From Owenia fusiformis (Eukaryota), in NCBI GenBank assembly GCA_903813345.2, contig CAIIXF020000001.1:13454001-13518000 (forward strand): DNA of 64,000 bases, written 5' to 3'. The notes under the pieces are model-generated. The model ran no database searches. It worked only from the letters and a program-made list of their open reading frames with translations, and was not told the DNA's origin. Position 1 is the first letter of the stretch. The number at the start of each line of letters is the position of its first letter. Shown piece after piece: positions 50,845-62,458 of the stretch. Position numbers and translations under genes: made by a program.

Positions 50845-51639
50845 TTCTGTGAAAAGATATTTGCCCAGGAGATCCACCTTATACGTCATGTCCAGATGAA
50901 AAATGATGATCTTCACAGAGAGGCCGCTCAGAAGTTTGGAAATACACTTGGATTGAGCTGTTTTGATATAAGTAAACGAGAAGCCATAAGTGAGACTGGC
51001 AGAGACAGAGAATCTCTGAGTCCTGAACCAGGCAGCTCTCATTCAGAAATTTCAAGGTCTGAGCGATTGACCAGAGACATCTATGAAGAGAATTTGGAGG
51101 AGCCTCACAACCGACTTGTTATCGATATGAATTTTGGGAAAAAGCGCAAATTGGATGAGCTTGTTAGAATGGATAGGACTGAGACTGAACAAGTTCAGCG
51201 AGACTATAGTGACGTTGATGAAAGGAGGAGTCCATCTGTGTCTCCAAGGAGTCCGCCAATTTCCCCACCTTTCAAACAGTCTATACCAGATATTCGTCAC
51301 TTCAGTCACGCCAGTCATCGTACATTCTTCGCTTCTAGTAATGTTATTGTACAGAGCCAACCTGAGGCTGATCAAATCTCACCAATCAATCTCAGCACTA
51401 ATGCAACTGTTACCCATAATACATTGTACCAGCAGACGTCACCTATCAAAGATTCACAGCAGCCAGAAGACTCTGACAGTTTTTCTAATAATCGATCATA
51501 CTCTACTAAAGATCCTATTGCATCGAATGAGTTTGTGGATCAAATATTATCGCTTACTCAAAAGGAAGGCATGGTACCTCATAATCGGCACCTAGAAAAT
51601 CAGCAGACATCTGAACAATACAATGAATACATGCCCTGA
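50845..51639 (+). CDS. Gene 3 terminal exon (atypical finger 7, Ser/Pro-rich disordered tail, KKRK NLS-like motif)
   Basis: TTTCAG| phase 0: FCEKIFAQEIHLIRHVQMKNDDLH, then a long open frame whose TGA lies at the first minisatellite junction. Confidence 0.88.
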   Translation, partial: FCEKIFAQEIHLIRHVQMKNDDLHREAAQKFGNTLGLSCFDISKREAISETGRDRESLSPEPGSSHSEISRSERLTRDIYEENLEEPHNRLVIDMNFGKKRKLDELVRMDRTETEQVQRDYSDVDERRSPSVSPRSPPISPPFKQSIPDIRHFSHASHRTFFASSNVIVQSQPEADQISPINLSTNATVTHNTLYQQTSPIKDSQQPEDSDSFSNNRSYSTKDPIASNEFVDQILSLTQKEGMVPHNRHLENQQTSEQYNEYMP

Positions 51640-52265
51640 AGGCAAACATCTGGACAATACAATGAATACATGCCCTGAAGGCAGACATCTGGAAAATACA
51701 ATAAATATGTGCCCTGAAGGCAGATATCTGGACAATACAATTAATACATGCCCTGAAGGCAGACTTCTGAACAATACAATGAATAAGTGCCCTGAAGGCA
51801 GACATCTAGACAATTCAATGAATACATGCCCTGAAGGCAGACATCTGAACAATACAATGAATAAGTGCCCTGAAGGCAGACATCAGAACAATACAATGAA
51901 TATGTGCCCTGAAGGGAGACATCTAGACAATTCAATGAAAACATGCTCGGAAGGCAGACATCTGGACAATACAATGAATACATGCCCTGAAGGCAGACAT
52001 CAGAACAATACAATGAATACGTGCCATGAAGGCAGACATCTGGACAATGCAATGAATACATGCCCTGAAGGCAGACATCTGAACAATACAATGAATATGT
52101 GCCCTGAAGGCAGACATCTGGACAATACAATGAATACATGCCCTGAAGGCAGACATCTGAGCAATACAATGAATACATGCCCTGAAGGCAGACATCTGGG
52201 CAATACGTAACAATGAATACATGCCCTGAAGGCAGTCATCTGAACAATACAATGAATACATGCCC
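51603..52265. repeat. 39-bp minisatellite, 17 copies, overlapping the stop codon of gene 3
   Basis: Unit GCAGACATCTGGACAATACAATGAATACATGCCCTGAAG. Confidence 0.97.
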
Positions 52266-52527
52266 CAAATTAAGGTGCAACAATTGGGCAGTGAACTCCA
52301 TACTGAAGGATTAATTAGCTTGGAAAAGCATTTATGTTCATGTAGAGTATAAATATGGCCGTGAGAGTCGTACATGTAAAATTATTAATATAAAATTAAT
52401 ACAAAAATTAACAATTAACACAAAAACACAATACCTAGGAAATTAATGGCTAATTTAAGTTAATTAGCTACAAGAGTTTACAATTTGACATAAGTGTTAA
52501 TTAGCTCAATTGGATATATTATAATAC

Positions 52528-52705
52528 CAGGCCCGTAGCCAGGGGGGTTCGCAGGGTTCGGGCGAAAAATCATGCAGTTTTTCACCATTTTGAGCACTTC
52601 TCAAGTGATTTTAGCCATATTTGGGCCAAAATTGTCAAATGTGAACCCCCCCTGGAAATTTTTGAAAAATGAACCCCCCCTTGGCAAATCCTGGCTACGG
52701 GCCTG
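52528..52705. mobile_element. Short MITE
   Basis: TIR CAGGCCCGTAGCCAGG / CCTGGCTACGGGCCTG with GGGTTC/GAACCCCC subterminal motifs; flanks TAATAC/CAATAC. Confidence 0.85.
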
Positions 52706-54173
52706 CAATACCATCTCCAACTCATCTTCTGGGGCGAAAATAAATCTCCAACTGGTGTAAGCTGGGGAAGGAGGTGAGGGAAAAGAATCGAAATGTATAA
52801 CTTACATTGATGTTAATGGATTTTGTAAGCACCTAGGGAGAAAACCCTCCAACTCCATATATCGATATCACGTCTGAAGTCTCATCTCGTACTCTCGAGA
52901 TCTGAAGCATGATGTTTTGTTCAGTGTAACTTACCAGAAACATTTACCTGGGATAACCGGGAATGGTCTTCTCAGGGCTTGTTCATACCTAAACCTTAAC
53001 CGACTCTCACATTGCCATCAATGAAATTATTGTCAATAATTTGAATATAGTGTAGATATGAATGTATAGTTTTAGAGGATATTGAATCTGTAGCATGAAT
53101 GTTTAACAAATGTATTTGTAATTTATATCTACTAGTTTAAGAAATATATACTGTACTAGTACAAGCCTAATAAGGGCATTCCTAGCTTTAGCGGCAATAT
53201 AAGGTTTCAAATTGACAAAAAATGTTGCATTTGAAAAGGTGCTTGGATTTAACATATTATTGATAATGATAGACCTCCTTTGTTATGAGTATAATTTCTA
53301 ATAAGTGAATATTTACATTTAGTATTTAGAAATATTTATTGAAGAATCAGTCACTGATGCTAAACAGTGGATGTTAAATGCTATTTTCCACACAGGTATT
53401 TGGCTCCTTTTGGCCACATTCATCTTTTAGCTTTTAGTATACAGCTCTTGACATCCTGTTTAACATAATATTTGATTTGTTATGTGCTAACAGAATAATC
53501 TTGGTATAATAAACGTAACATGTACATGTACAAAAAGTTAATACTGAAACATTGAATATATCTTCTCTGCATTTCTCTTCCTAGAAAAGATATAGGTCTC
53601 TCAAAAATAGCGCCATGAGAGATCTTAGCCTTCTATCTGTTCATTTCTTGAAATGAAAAACATGTGACAGTGGTCTCCCAAGGCGCCCACTTAATTTAAT
53701 GTTAGGGAGATCACTGTGTGATACATGGTATGTTATGACAAATAATTGTTTGTATGCACAATGCATGATATATTTAGAATGTAGTAGATTTTTATATACA
53801 GTTATTAGCTAAAAGGGTATATGTGTTAAATTACGTTAATAAATGAAGTTGATAAATATTTTGTGTGGTAACTAGAAAAGGACATGAGTTAATTGAATTC
53901 AGACCACCACATAGGTACTACGTCATTTTTGATGACTATTTATATCAAATCATTGTAGGTCTCATAAACGGAAATAGAATAATATTGATAATTATGAAAC
54001 TAACGAGGATGTGTCTGTGTCTCTATTTTCACCCACCTGAGACTTTTTTTTAGATAGAAAGGTGCATTGACAAAGGTCATAAGAGAAATATTAAATGCTG
54101 CAAAAATTGCCCCCTCCCTAACATGACAGTGTATACTTAACATTTAACATTCTTAACATTTTTTTATATTAAC

Positions 54174-55106
54174 CAGGGGCGTAGCCAGCTTTCAGTCAGA
54201 GGGGTGCAATTGCCAAAAAATTTTCAGTTTCCAGTCAGGGGGGTGCGATTGTGGCATAAACAAGCCAAAAAATTAAGATTTATCTTAAAGGAGGAGGGAA
54301 ATTAGCGCAACAGATTTTGGACCGTCATAATGTTGGATTTTGGCCATTTTCTGAGGATTTAACCAATTGCATATGTTAGGCCAATGCATTACCTCCAGGT
54401 AAAGCACTTCTAGAGATGATAAAATAATTTCGACTTTTAGACAGGGTAGATGCAAACAACCCACCCAAATGTTTTTTCTGAAATGTTTTCCTAATTTTCG
54501 ACCCCTTCCATCCCTGCTTTTTTAATTTTTTTGCATCAATATGTTGCGTTTTGACACATAGTTAATCACTTTAAGGGAATAAGTGATTCCTTCAGGGGTT
54601 TTAAAGATACCCATTATAGGTGACCAAACTTAGCTGAAAGCAATGATTTTCCCTATGGGAAAATAACATGGGAAATATTGTTTTCCACTTTATCATTTAT
54701 TTATTCCTTTTAAGGGATTAACTGTGTGTCAAAACGCAACATATTGATGCAAGAAAAATTAAAAAAGAAGGGATGGAAGGGGTTGAAAATCAGGAAAACA
54801 TTTCAGAAAAAACGTGTGGGTGGGTTGTTTGCATCTACCCTGTCTCAAAGTCGAAATTATTTTATCATCTCTAGAAGTGATTTTCCTGGAGATAATGCAT
54901 TGGCCTAACATATGCACCTGTTTAAATCCCCAGGAAATGGCCAAAATCAAACATATGACAGTCCAAAATCTGTTGCGCTAATTTCCCTCCTCCTTTTACA
55001 AAAATTGATACAACTTCCTTCAAAATTGAGCTAGAAGCTTCAATCAAAAAGCATTTTAAAGCTCTTTTTGCACCAATTGCCCCCCCCCCCCCTGGCTACG
55101 CCTATG
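54174..55106. mobile_element. CAGGGGCGTAGCCAG-type MITE with a nested palindromic element
   Basis: CAGGGGCGTAGCCAG ... CTGGCTACGCCTATG termini; a related end occurs at 5864. Confidence 0.75.
54289..54994. mobile_element. Kolobok-like palindromic non-autonomous element
   Basis: TTAA|AGGAGGAGGGAAATTAGCGC ... GCGCTAATTTCCCTCCTCCT|TTTA with ~290-bp inverted arms. Confidence 0.75.
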
Positions 55107-55419
55107 TTTACAATAAACATTGACCTAATTATTTAAAGGGTCAACCCCACAACTTATATTTTGGCCAAATGACCTAATTATTATATTTAATAAAATAATA
55201 ATTGTATTTTCCCTACTGTTTGCTTGGAACTGTAACAATCCAATGAATTGCTGCTGGTTAAATTGTATGACAACACTACACCTTCTCAACAGGGTGGCAT
55301 GTAAATGCCAAATTTTAACAGGGTGAAGAACCTAGCCACTCTAATGGTGGGAGATCACTGTATTGCATTGTATTGCAAAATGATTCTGCTTAGGTTGTAA
55401 ATAGAGTTTATTTGATTAA

Positions 55420-56177
55420 GGTGCTATGGAAGTTAACAGGAAATGACAAAACAGGAAGTGACAATTTTTTTTGCATTTTTAGATATTTTTTGAATAAAGA
55501 TAACAGAGTTCTGGTTTGACCTCCAGTCAATTTAACTATTTCCACATATCATTTACATGACCAGAATCACAATGTGCATGGTCAGAATGACCCTAAACAT
55601 GATGAAATAACCTTTTTAGCCATTTGATAGTGTGACTGAAAAAAAGCTAAAAGTAGGAGCGTAGGGAAGGTCACTGAACAGAATCTTTTGAATTTTTCGT
55701 AAAATGTGCCCAATATATTGCTCTAAATGATACAATCTTTGAAAATTTGATATCATTCATAGAAAAAGAAAAAAAAATGAAAAAACTGATTTGAAGAGCG
55801 ATCTATTTTCCTTTTTATGACCGCCATTTTTGTTTCGGACAATTTTCTAAAATTTCAAAGATTGTACTAGTTAGAGCATTATATTGGGCACATTTTCTGA
55901 AAAATTCAAAAGATTCTGTTCAGTGACTATCCCTACGCTCCTACTTTTAGCTTTTTTTCAGTCACACTTTCAAAGGGCTAAAAAGGTTATTTCATCATGT
56001 TTAGGGTCATTCTGACCATGCACATTGTGATCCTGGTCATGTAAATGATATGTGGAAATAGTTAAATTGACTGGAGGTCAAACCAGAACTCTGTTATCTT
56101 TATTCAAAAAATATCTAAAAATGCAAAAAAAATTGTCACTTCCTGTTTTGTCATTTCCTGTTAACTTCCATAGCACC
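55420..56177. mobile_element. Young Kolobok-like palindromic MITE
   Basis: TTAA|GGTGCTATGGAAG ... CTTCCATAGCACC|TTAA; ~330-bp arms that are nearly perfect reverse complements. Confidence 0.9.
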
Positions 56178-58844
56178 TTAAGATAGATGGAAGGCTTGGA
56201 GTTGGAAGTACATGGATTTATTCTTGGTACAATAAACCAGACACTAATAGAGGCATTATAATTGACAATCATACAGATTTGCTTGCTGAAAAGATGCAAT
56301 ATATAGATTCTGGGAAAAAAACAATTTTGGATTCAGTCTTACATGTATTTAGTGAGTATAACTTTTTCTCACGACTACTTGTGTGCATCATGTTAAATGA
56401 ATAAGAAGGGGGATCTTTGCGAGCCAATCTATTCCAAGGAGGATTGGCTCCAAGGGGTAAAACTCGATATTATCCAACAGTGAAAACATCAAAATGTCGT
56501 TATTTTCTGAAATTACTCGTCACACCAATATCTCAATAATTTCTTGTGAGTTTTGGAATAAGAATTTTAACAGAGTCAATGGGGCAAAACAGTTTGCCTG
56601 AGGAAGACAACGAGAACAAAGAGAGATAGCCAATAACGCAGGTTTTACTGTAGATCTAATACATCAAATAGTCATGTAAAAACCTATTATTCAATTACTG
56701 TAGTAGGCTAGTTTTATTTCAAAATGCAAAAAAACATTATCTCTGGAATGAAGCTTGGCATAGACAGCTAACATTTTTCAATAACATTTTAGATTGCATA
56801 GAGATAGGCTAATCATAAAATGTATGAAATTTTTCAATAATGATATTGCTTTAATAGAATATGTAACTATGGCCACAAAGGCAAGTAAGAATATAACATA
56901 TTAAGACATTTCAGATGATTGAGATGGAGGAATAACTAAACAGGAAAACGTTTAGACAATTGTCATTATGTAAGATGCTTCCTTAATAATATAAACCATT
57001 TTCTCCCATTTCTTCTCATTTCTCAATTTTTATAATAGGCTAGTAAATAAGAGACTATAGTATGTACCATAAAAGCAACATACTCTGTTCCTTTCTTACA
57101 CTCATGCCTTTTATGGGATTCTTCGAATTAATCAATTAAAATTAGATGAAATAAAACTATTTATAGTTAACTGAATCAATGATGCACAGCTGTGTCTTTA
57201 TATGTATATACTCCTTGTTGAACTGTATAAATGCTAACTATGAAATAACTAAATCTCTGATCTAAAAATCAATATTTATTTGTTTTGATCTAGTTGGATT
57301 AGATTGTATCATGTTTATATGCTTGACCCTATCTCATGGATTAATCTGATCAGATAGTATGGTGTGGTATGTATGATTTTACTAGGGAAAAATGAACAGC
57401 ATAATACGCATACTGTATAGTGGGGACTTAAATATGATGGAGTAAACCAGATGGATATAGAGATGTAGAGACTATTAACAAACTTTAAAGTAAGTCAATA
57501 TGGTAATGGAAATCAATATGGATTTTTTATGTTGTCACTTGTCATGAATGGTCAAGGTCACACTTTTAGGTCAAGGTCATCTGAGAGGTATCAGGAGCTC
57601 ATACTCCTGTTATCTGAAATGTGGCAATAGCATTTGTGCTATATTCAAATTGGAAAAGTGCATATATGTAGCACATTATGCTTACGCCATTGATGCATTT
57701 GTATTCAGGTTGGTTTTCACTCTGAAATAATGAAACTGGTGCATCTCCCTCATATATAGGTTCAATAAACTATAATACCTGCTTCAATAAAACACTTGAG
57801 CAGTTTTAAAAATAGCATTGCAGCTTATATTCTGTTTTTTTTCATGCAATAAAACTTGCAATATGTCCTATGTGGGATAAGTAATTACCTTGTAGTACAA
57901 GTTTTAATGCTATTTCTCCAATCTTATACAGGAGTACTATTTTCTATTCAATCTAGTTTTATTACACATTAATCATAAAAAGAAGCATTGAATTGACTTT
58001 CAAGGCCTTTCAAATGGCTAAAACCATGTTGCATGAATGAAAAAAAAATAAAGCAGTCATCTTTTGATAATATTTGTAACAAAAACACAAAGTTTGGTTT
58101 TTTGGTGCAACCTAGTTGAACAGCTCGTATTTAAAACACTTAAAAATTCAAGTGTTGATAACTGGATAGACTCAATGTGTTACTGAGCATTTGTTTTAGC
58201 TGTAAAAATCAATGTAAATGTAAACATGATCGACCTCACTGTTAGGTGGCATTATGACTATTGAACACAGTAGTACAATGCATGTATTTTTAAGTGCAAC
58301 TTCAACAGTTAAGTTTTGATAGATTTAAGATCTGAAAATGATCGACGATGGACAATTTGGATTAATACTTTTGAAATAGATGGATATTTGCCACGATGAA
58401 ATTTAGACAGTGAATAAATGGAGTCGTTTAAATTAGGGTAAGTTATTGTTAACATTTTGAGGTTATCTCAATTTAAATAAACTTTGTGAAACTGTTTGTT
58501 TTTTGTTGTAAAACTTTTGGATTATTTAGATTTTGGTTCATATCATCTTCTCTTGCTACAGAATGGAAGGGATGCATAATATCAATCACTTTGTGAGGTC
58601 ATGAGTAAAGGCATCAATAGTGTTATGATGTGATATATAGATAGCCAAACTGGGACTTAAGGCAATGGAAACAATATGTGTACCTTGAGCAATGCATTGA
58701 CTCAACAAACATCCAAACAAACAAAACAAACAAACAACAGAAAATAAACATAAAAGAACAGAATAAAATTAACAGCTTTTATCAGTTTCAGATATCAGTC
58801 CAGTTACTATGACACAATGGTGAGCTTGAGGGTATAAATATAAG

Positions 58845-58975
58845 ATGGACGAGTGCATCATTGGTAGTGAATGGGTGGAGAGATACATGGGGCAATGCAT
58901 ACACAATGATATACAACTTGCAGGCTTTATATGTGGAGTTGTTGCAGTTCCACTATGGATGGTTGCTCACATCGT
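58845..58975 (+). CDS. TMEM44: Gene 4 coding exon 1: TMEM44-like / PQ-loop-family membrane protein (join 58845-58975, 59306-59435, 60013-60124, 61374-61531, 62038-62139, 62316-62458; 3' end outside window)
   Basis: MDECIIGSEWVERYMGQCIHNDIQLAGFICGVVAVPLWMVAHI, ending GT|GTTAGT (phase 2). In-frame stops upstream of the ATG; acceptor at 58791. Confidence 0.8.
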
Positions 58976-59142
58976 GTTAGTATAGTATAAAACATTGATT
59001 TTTTGATTGATTACAGATGTAAATGTAACAATGATTGACTTATAAAATTGTACTGTAGAACATGCTATATTTTCTCGTGGAGTTTATGTGTGTAAATTCA
59101 TCAATTTGATTCATTATATATTTCACAAATTAGTGTATCAAG

Positions 59143-59282
59143 TTTTTTATGTCACCATCACAAGTGGTGACATGTTGTTATGGCCTCCTTTTTCTTAATG
59201 ATGTTCAGTATTCAGCGGTTGGTGTTTGGCATCTGTAACAAATAGCTGGTGGTGGCATTTTGCATGTTAATGCATTATCTTA
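59143..59282. mobile_element. Compact Helentron/HINE-like element
   Basis: T-run, GTCACCA..TGGTGAC subterminal inverted repeat, 3' GGTGGTGGCATTTTGCATGTTAATGC hairpin; related ends at ~42990, ~45390, ~45480 and ~49740. Confidence 0.5.
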
Positions 59283-59305
59283 ATTTACTCATTGACTATA
59301 TTTAG

Positions 59306-59435
59306 TTTATTGAGGATCAATCACTGGGAATACAAACAAAGTAAAGAGGTGTCCTTAATGCCCATCCTCCACTTAGTCTTGGCAGATACCGTAAATGTCA
59401 TGGGGGCATACATGGCAAGCCAGCTGGGCACACAG
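59306..59435 (+). CDS. TMEM44: Gene 4 exon 2
   Basis: Phase 2 to 0: LLRINHWEYKQSKEVSLMPILHLVLADTVNVMGAYMASQLGTQ|GTAGGA, resembling the N/DxxGAxLAxQLxxQ motif of TMEM44/PQLC2. Confidence 0.88.
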
Positions 59436-60012
59436 GTAGGACTGCATAGATATATATATATTATAGTACATGTATGTCTATATATCTGTGTGTATTTTTT
59501 TGTATTGATCATGATATAGATGAGTTGACAGTCAATCAACCAATTACATTTTTTCATCATTACCTGTACCTACCCTACAGTTTCAAGTTATCCAATTTAT
59601 TAAAGATTTATTGGCCTTTATCCCAAGATTTATGCTTTAAAATATCACAAAAATAAATATTATTACCAAATTGTAATACTGAAAGTGGTTGCAATAGATA
59701 GAGCGTAAAATGTTGATTGTGAATGGTCTCCTGGCACAAGAGTAAATCTAATTAGTCCTTTTCAAAAACGTTTACATAGTACCAGGCAATATCTTATTCC
59801 ATGGTAGCATGGTTTGTCATAAAAATAAAAGAATCCACCCCCAATTTACTAATATGGTGCATTGAGCCTTTAATGTAACTCTCCTTGGAGTCTTCATCTG
59901 TTCATAATTAATGATAATCAACAATCACAGGATTTTTTATGTTTTGTTTTTCTCATGTTTGTCGTGATGAATATGTTTATCACATTAAACACTGTGTATT
60001 TATTTGTTTCAG

Positions 60013-60124
60013 ATACTTATTGGTTTATATTTTCTCTTGGCTGACATAGCTTTATGTTCCCACTATATTATATGCAATGTTCCTCTAACTTGGAGACCAC
60101 AAATCATCTACAATGCCCTCAAAT
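60013..60124 (+). CDS. TMEM44: Gene 4 exon 3
   Basis: Phase 0 to 1: ILIGLYFLLADIALCSHYIICNV..., donor AAAT|GTAAGT. Confidence 0.88.
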
Positions 60125-60301
60125 GTAAGTTCTTTCATTCATTTTATTTCTCCGGGTACATTTTGAAACTGATATGCAGCCAGAATATAAGGTCCTACCA
60201 AAGATGCACAAACATTTATTTTATCTGACAAAGTTGTACAAGTCATGAAATTTTTTTTCTTACCCAAAAGATTTTTCCTTCATAGTTACAGTATACTGTA
60301 A

Positions 60302-61382
60302 AACTTTGAATGCATTTTTATACTTTGAATGCATTGTTATACTCTGAATGGATTGATTTCAATGAATGTATTGTTATGCTTTGAATGCATTATTATACTC
60401 TGAATGCATTGTGATACTTTGAATGCATTGTTATACTTTGCATGCATTGTTATACTCTGAATGCATTGTTATACTTTGAATGCATTGTTATACTTTGCAT
60501 GCATTGTTATACTCTGAATGCATTGCTAAACTTTGAATGTGTTATTATACTCTGAATGCATTGCTATACTCTGAATGCATTGCTATACTTTGAATGTGTT
60601 GTTATACTCTGAATGCATTGTTATACTCTGAATGCAATGCTATACTTTGAATTTATTGTTATGCTTTGAATGCATTATTGTACTCTGAATGCATTGTGAT
60701 ACTCTGAATGCATTGTTATACTTTGCATGCATTGTTATACTCTGAATGCATTGTTATACTTTGAATGCATTGTTATACTTTGCATGCATTGTTATACTCT
60801 GAATGCATTGCTAAACTTTGAATGTGTTATTATACTCTGAATGAATTGCTATACTTTGAATGTGTTGTTATACTCTGAATGCATTGTTATACTCTGAATG
60901 TATTGCTATACTTTGAATGTATTGTTATGCTTTGAATGCATTATTATACTCTGAATGCATTGTGATACTTTGAATGCATTGTTATACTCTGAATGCATTG
61001 TTATACTTTGAATGCATTGTTATACTCTGAATGCATTGTTATACTTTGCATGCATTGTTATACTCTGAATGCATTGTTATACTTTGAATGCATTGTTATA
61101 CTCTGAATGTATTGTTATACTCTGAATGCATTGTTATACTTTGCATGCATTGTTATACTCTGAATGCATTGTTATACTCTGAATGCATTGTTATACTTTG
61201 AATGCATTGTTATACTCTGAATGGATTGTTATACTTTGAATGCATTGTTATACTCTGAATGCATTGTTATACTCTGAATGCATTGTTATACTTTGCATGC
61301 ATTGTTATACTCTGAATGTATTGTTATACTTTCTGTGCATTGTTATACTTACAATGCATTGCTTTACTTTCAGTGCATTGCT
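60302..61382. repeat. 20-bp minisatellite, ~50 copies, running into a splice acceptor
   Basis: Unit TGAATGCATTGTTATACT(C/T)T. Confidence 0.97.
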
Positions 61383-61531
61383 GGAAAAGAAAGTCTGGTG
61401 TCAGTGTTCTACTCCTGCCATGGGCTTTAACTGGGTTGTATACAAGCTACAGGTTGATCTATAATACTTCCATATCCACATATTCTTTACAATCTAATAG
61501 CAATAGGATCTTGTTGGGAGTCAACAATCAG
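61374..61531 (+). CDS. TMEM44: Gene 4 exon 4
   Basis: Phase 1 to 0: HCWKRKSGVSVLLLPWALTGL...SNRILLGVNNQ|GTAACT. Confidence 0.82.
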
Positions 61532-61890
61532 GTAACTATGGGGATATAAAGTATTTTGTTTGTTTTGTTTCTTAATTTGTTATTATTTGATGTTGTCATG
61601 CAGTTGTTACATATAGTCATTTATACACTAATGATTTTGAAGTTGTATTTTTCACTTGATTTTTCTCATTTTGCAAATTCTTTTGTTAAATAGTTCCATT
61701 TTCAACCTTCAATATTTCACTCAAAGTTCCTTAACCATTCAGCTATTTCAGAATTTCCCTGACTCTCTTCTCTGAATTTTCCTTGATCGTGGTAACCCTG
61801 CATCAAACAATTGTTTCAGTAAAAGTCATAAGAAGGATTCCTCAATAAAGCCCACATTAATTCCTCTTATGAAATAACTTAAAATACTAC

Positions 61891-62017
61891 ACCATACCAT
61901 ATACCATACCATACCATACCATACCATACCAAACCATATCATACCATACCACACCTTATCATACCACACCACACCATACCGTACCACACCAAATCATACC
62001 ACACCTCACCATACCAT
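61891..62017. repeat. (CCATA)n pentanucleotide microsatellite
   Basis: Directly visible. Confidence 0.95.
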
Positions 62018-62037
62018 ATTGTGTATCATACTTTTAG

Positions 62038-62139
62038 TCTGAAAAATGGTCCACTTTGATAGTCACAGTGGGTTATCTGTGTGGAGTAATCTCAACACTT
62101 CTTTACTGGGTTGCATGTCTACCAAGAATCTGCAGAGTG
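62038..62139 (+). CDS. TMEM44: Gene 4 exon 5 (not shown in the ORF track)
   Basis: CTTTTAG| phase 0-0: SEKWSTLIVTVGYLCGVISTLLYWVACLPRICRV|GTAAGA, the second PQ-loop-like helix with PR in place of PQ. Confidence 0.88.
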
Positions 62140-62315
62140 GTAAGAATTACATATTAATGTCATATTATTTGTTTTGAAATATACACCATTCCTGGGGGTC
62201 AGTGGAAGAATTTATTGACTGCTTTTACTCATTCAGTGTCCTATGTTGTGATTTACTGAGTTTCACTCATTGTTTATTATTTCATTATTTGTAATGTCAT
62301 TATTTCTGTTTCCAG

Positions 62316-62458
62316 TTCCAAGAGAAAACATTCTCGCAGCGACAATGTACATTTTACCTGCTTTCTATCCCAGCCAATCTGTTCTACCTAATAGGAGTAT
62401 TTACTCAGGCCACCTCTCATACCCTCATTTTACATACACTACCTTGGACTGTAGGGAG
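62316..62458 (+). CDS. TMEM44: Gene 4 exon 6
   Basis: TTTCCAG| phase 0: FQEKTFSQRQCTFYLLSIPANLFYLIGVFTQATSHTLILHTLPWTVG, then AG|GTAAGT. LPWxxG is typical of the PQ-loop family. Confidence 0.88.

Noticed and set aside
51623-52210. 195-aa ORF of MNTCPEGRHLDNT repeats and the antisense repeat ORFs
   Set aside because: A by-product of a 39-bp (multiple of 3) minisatellite overlapping the end of gene 3 in another frame; nothing indicates an independent gene.
51637-52352. Selenocysteine or readthrough decoding of the repeated in-frame TGA codons
   Set aside because: No SECIS-like structure recognised, and a 5-nt insertion breaks the frame before the downstream tail.
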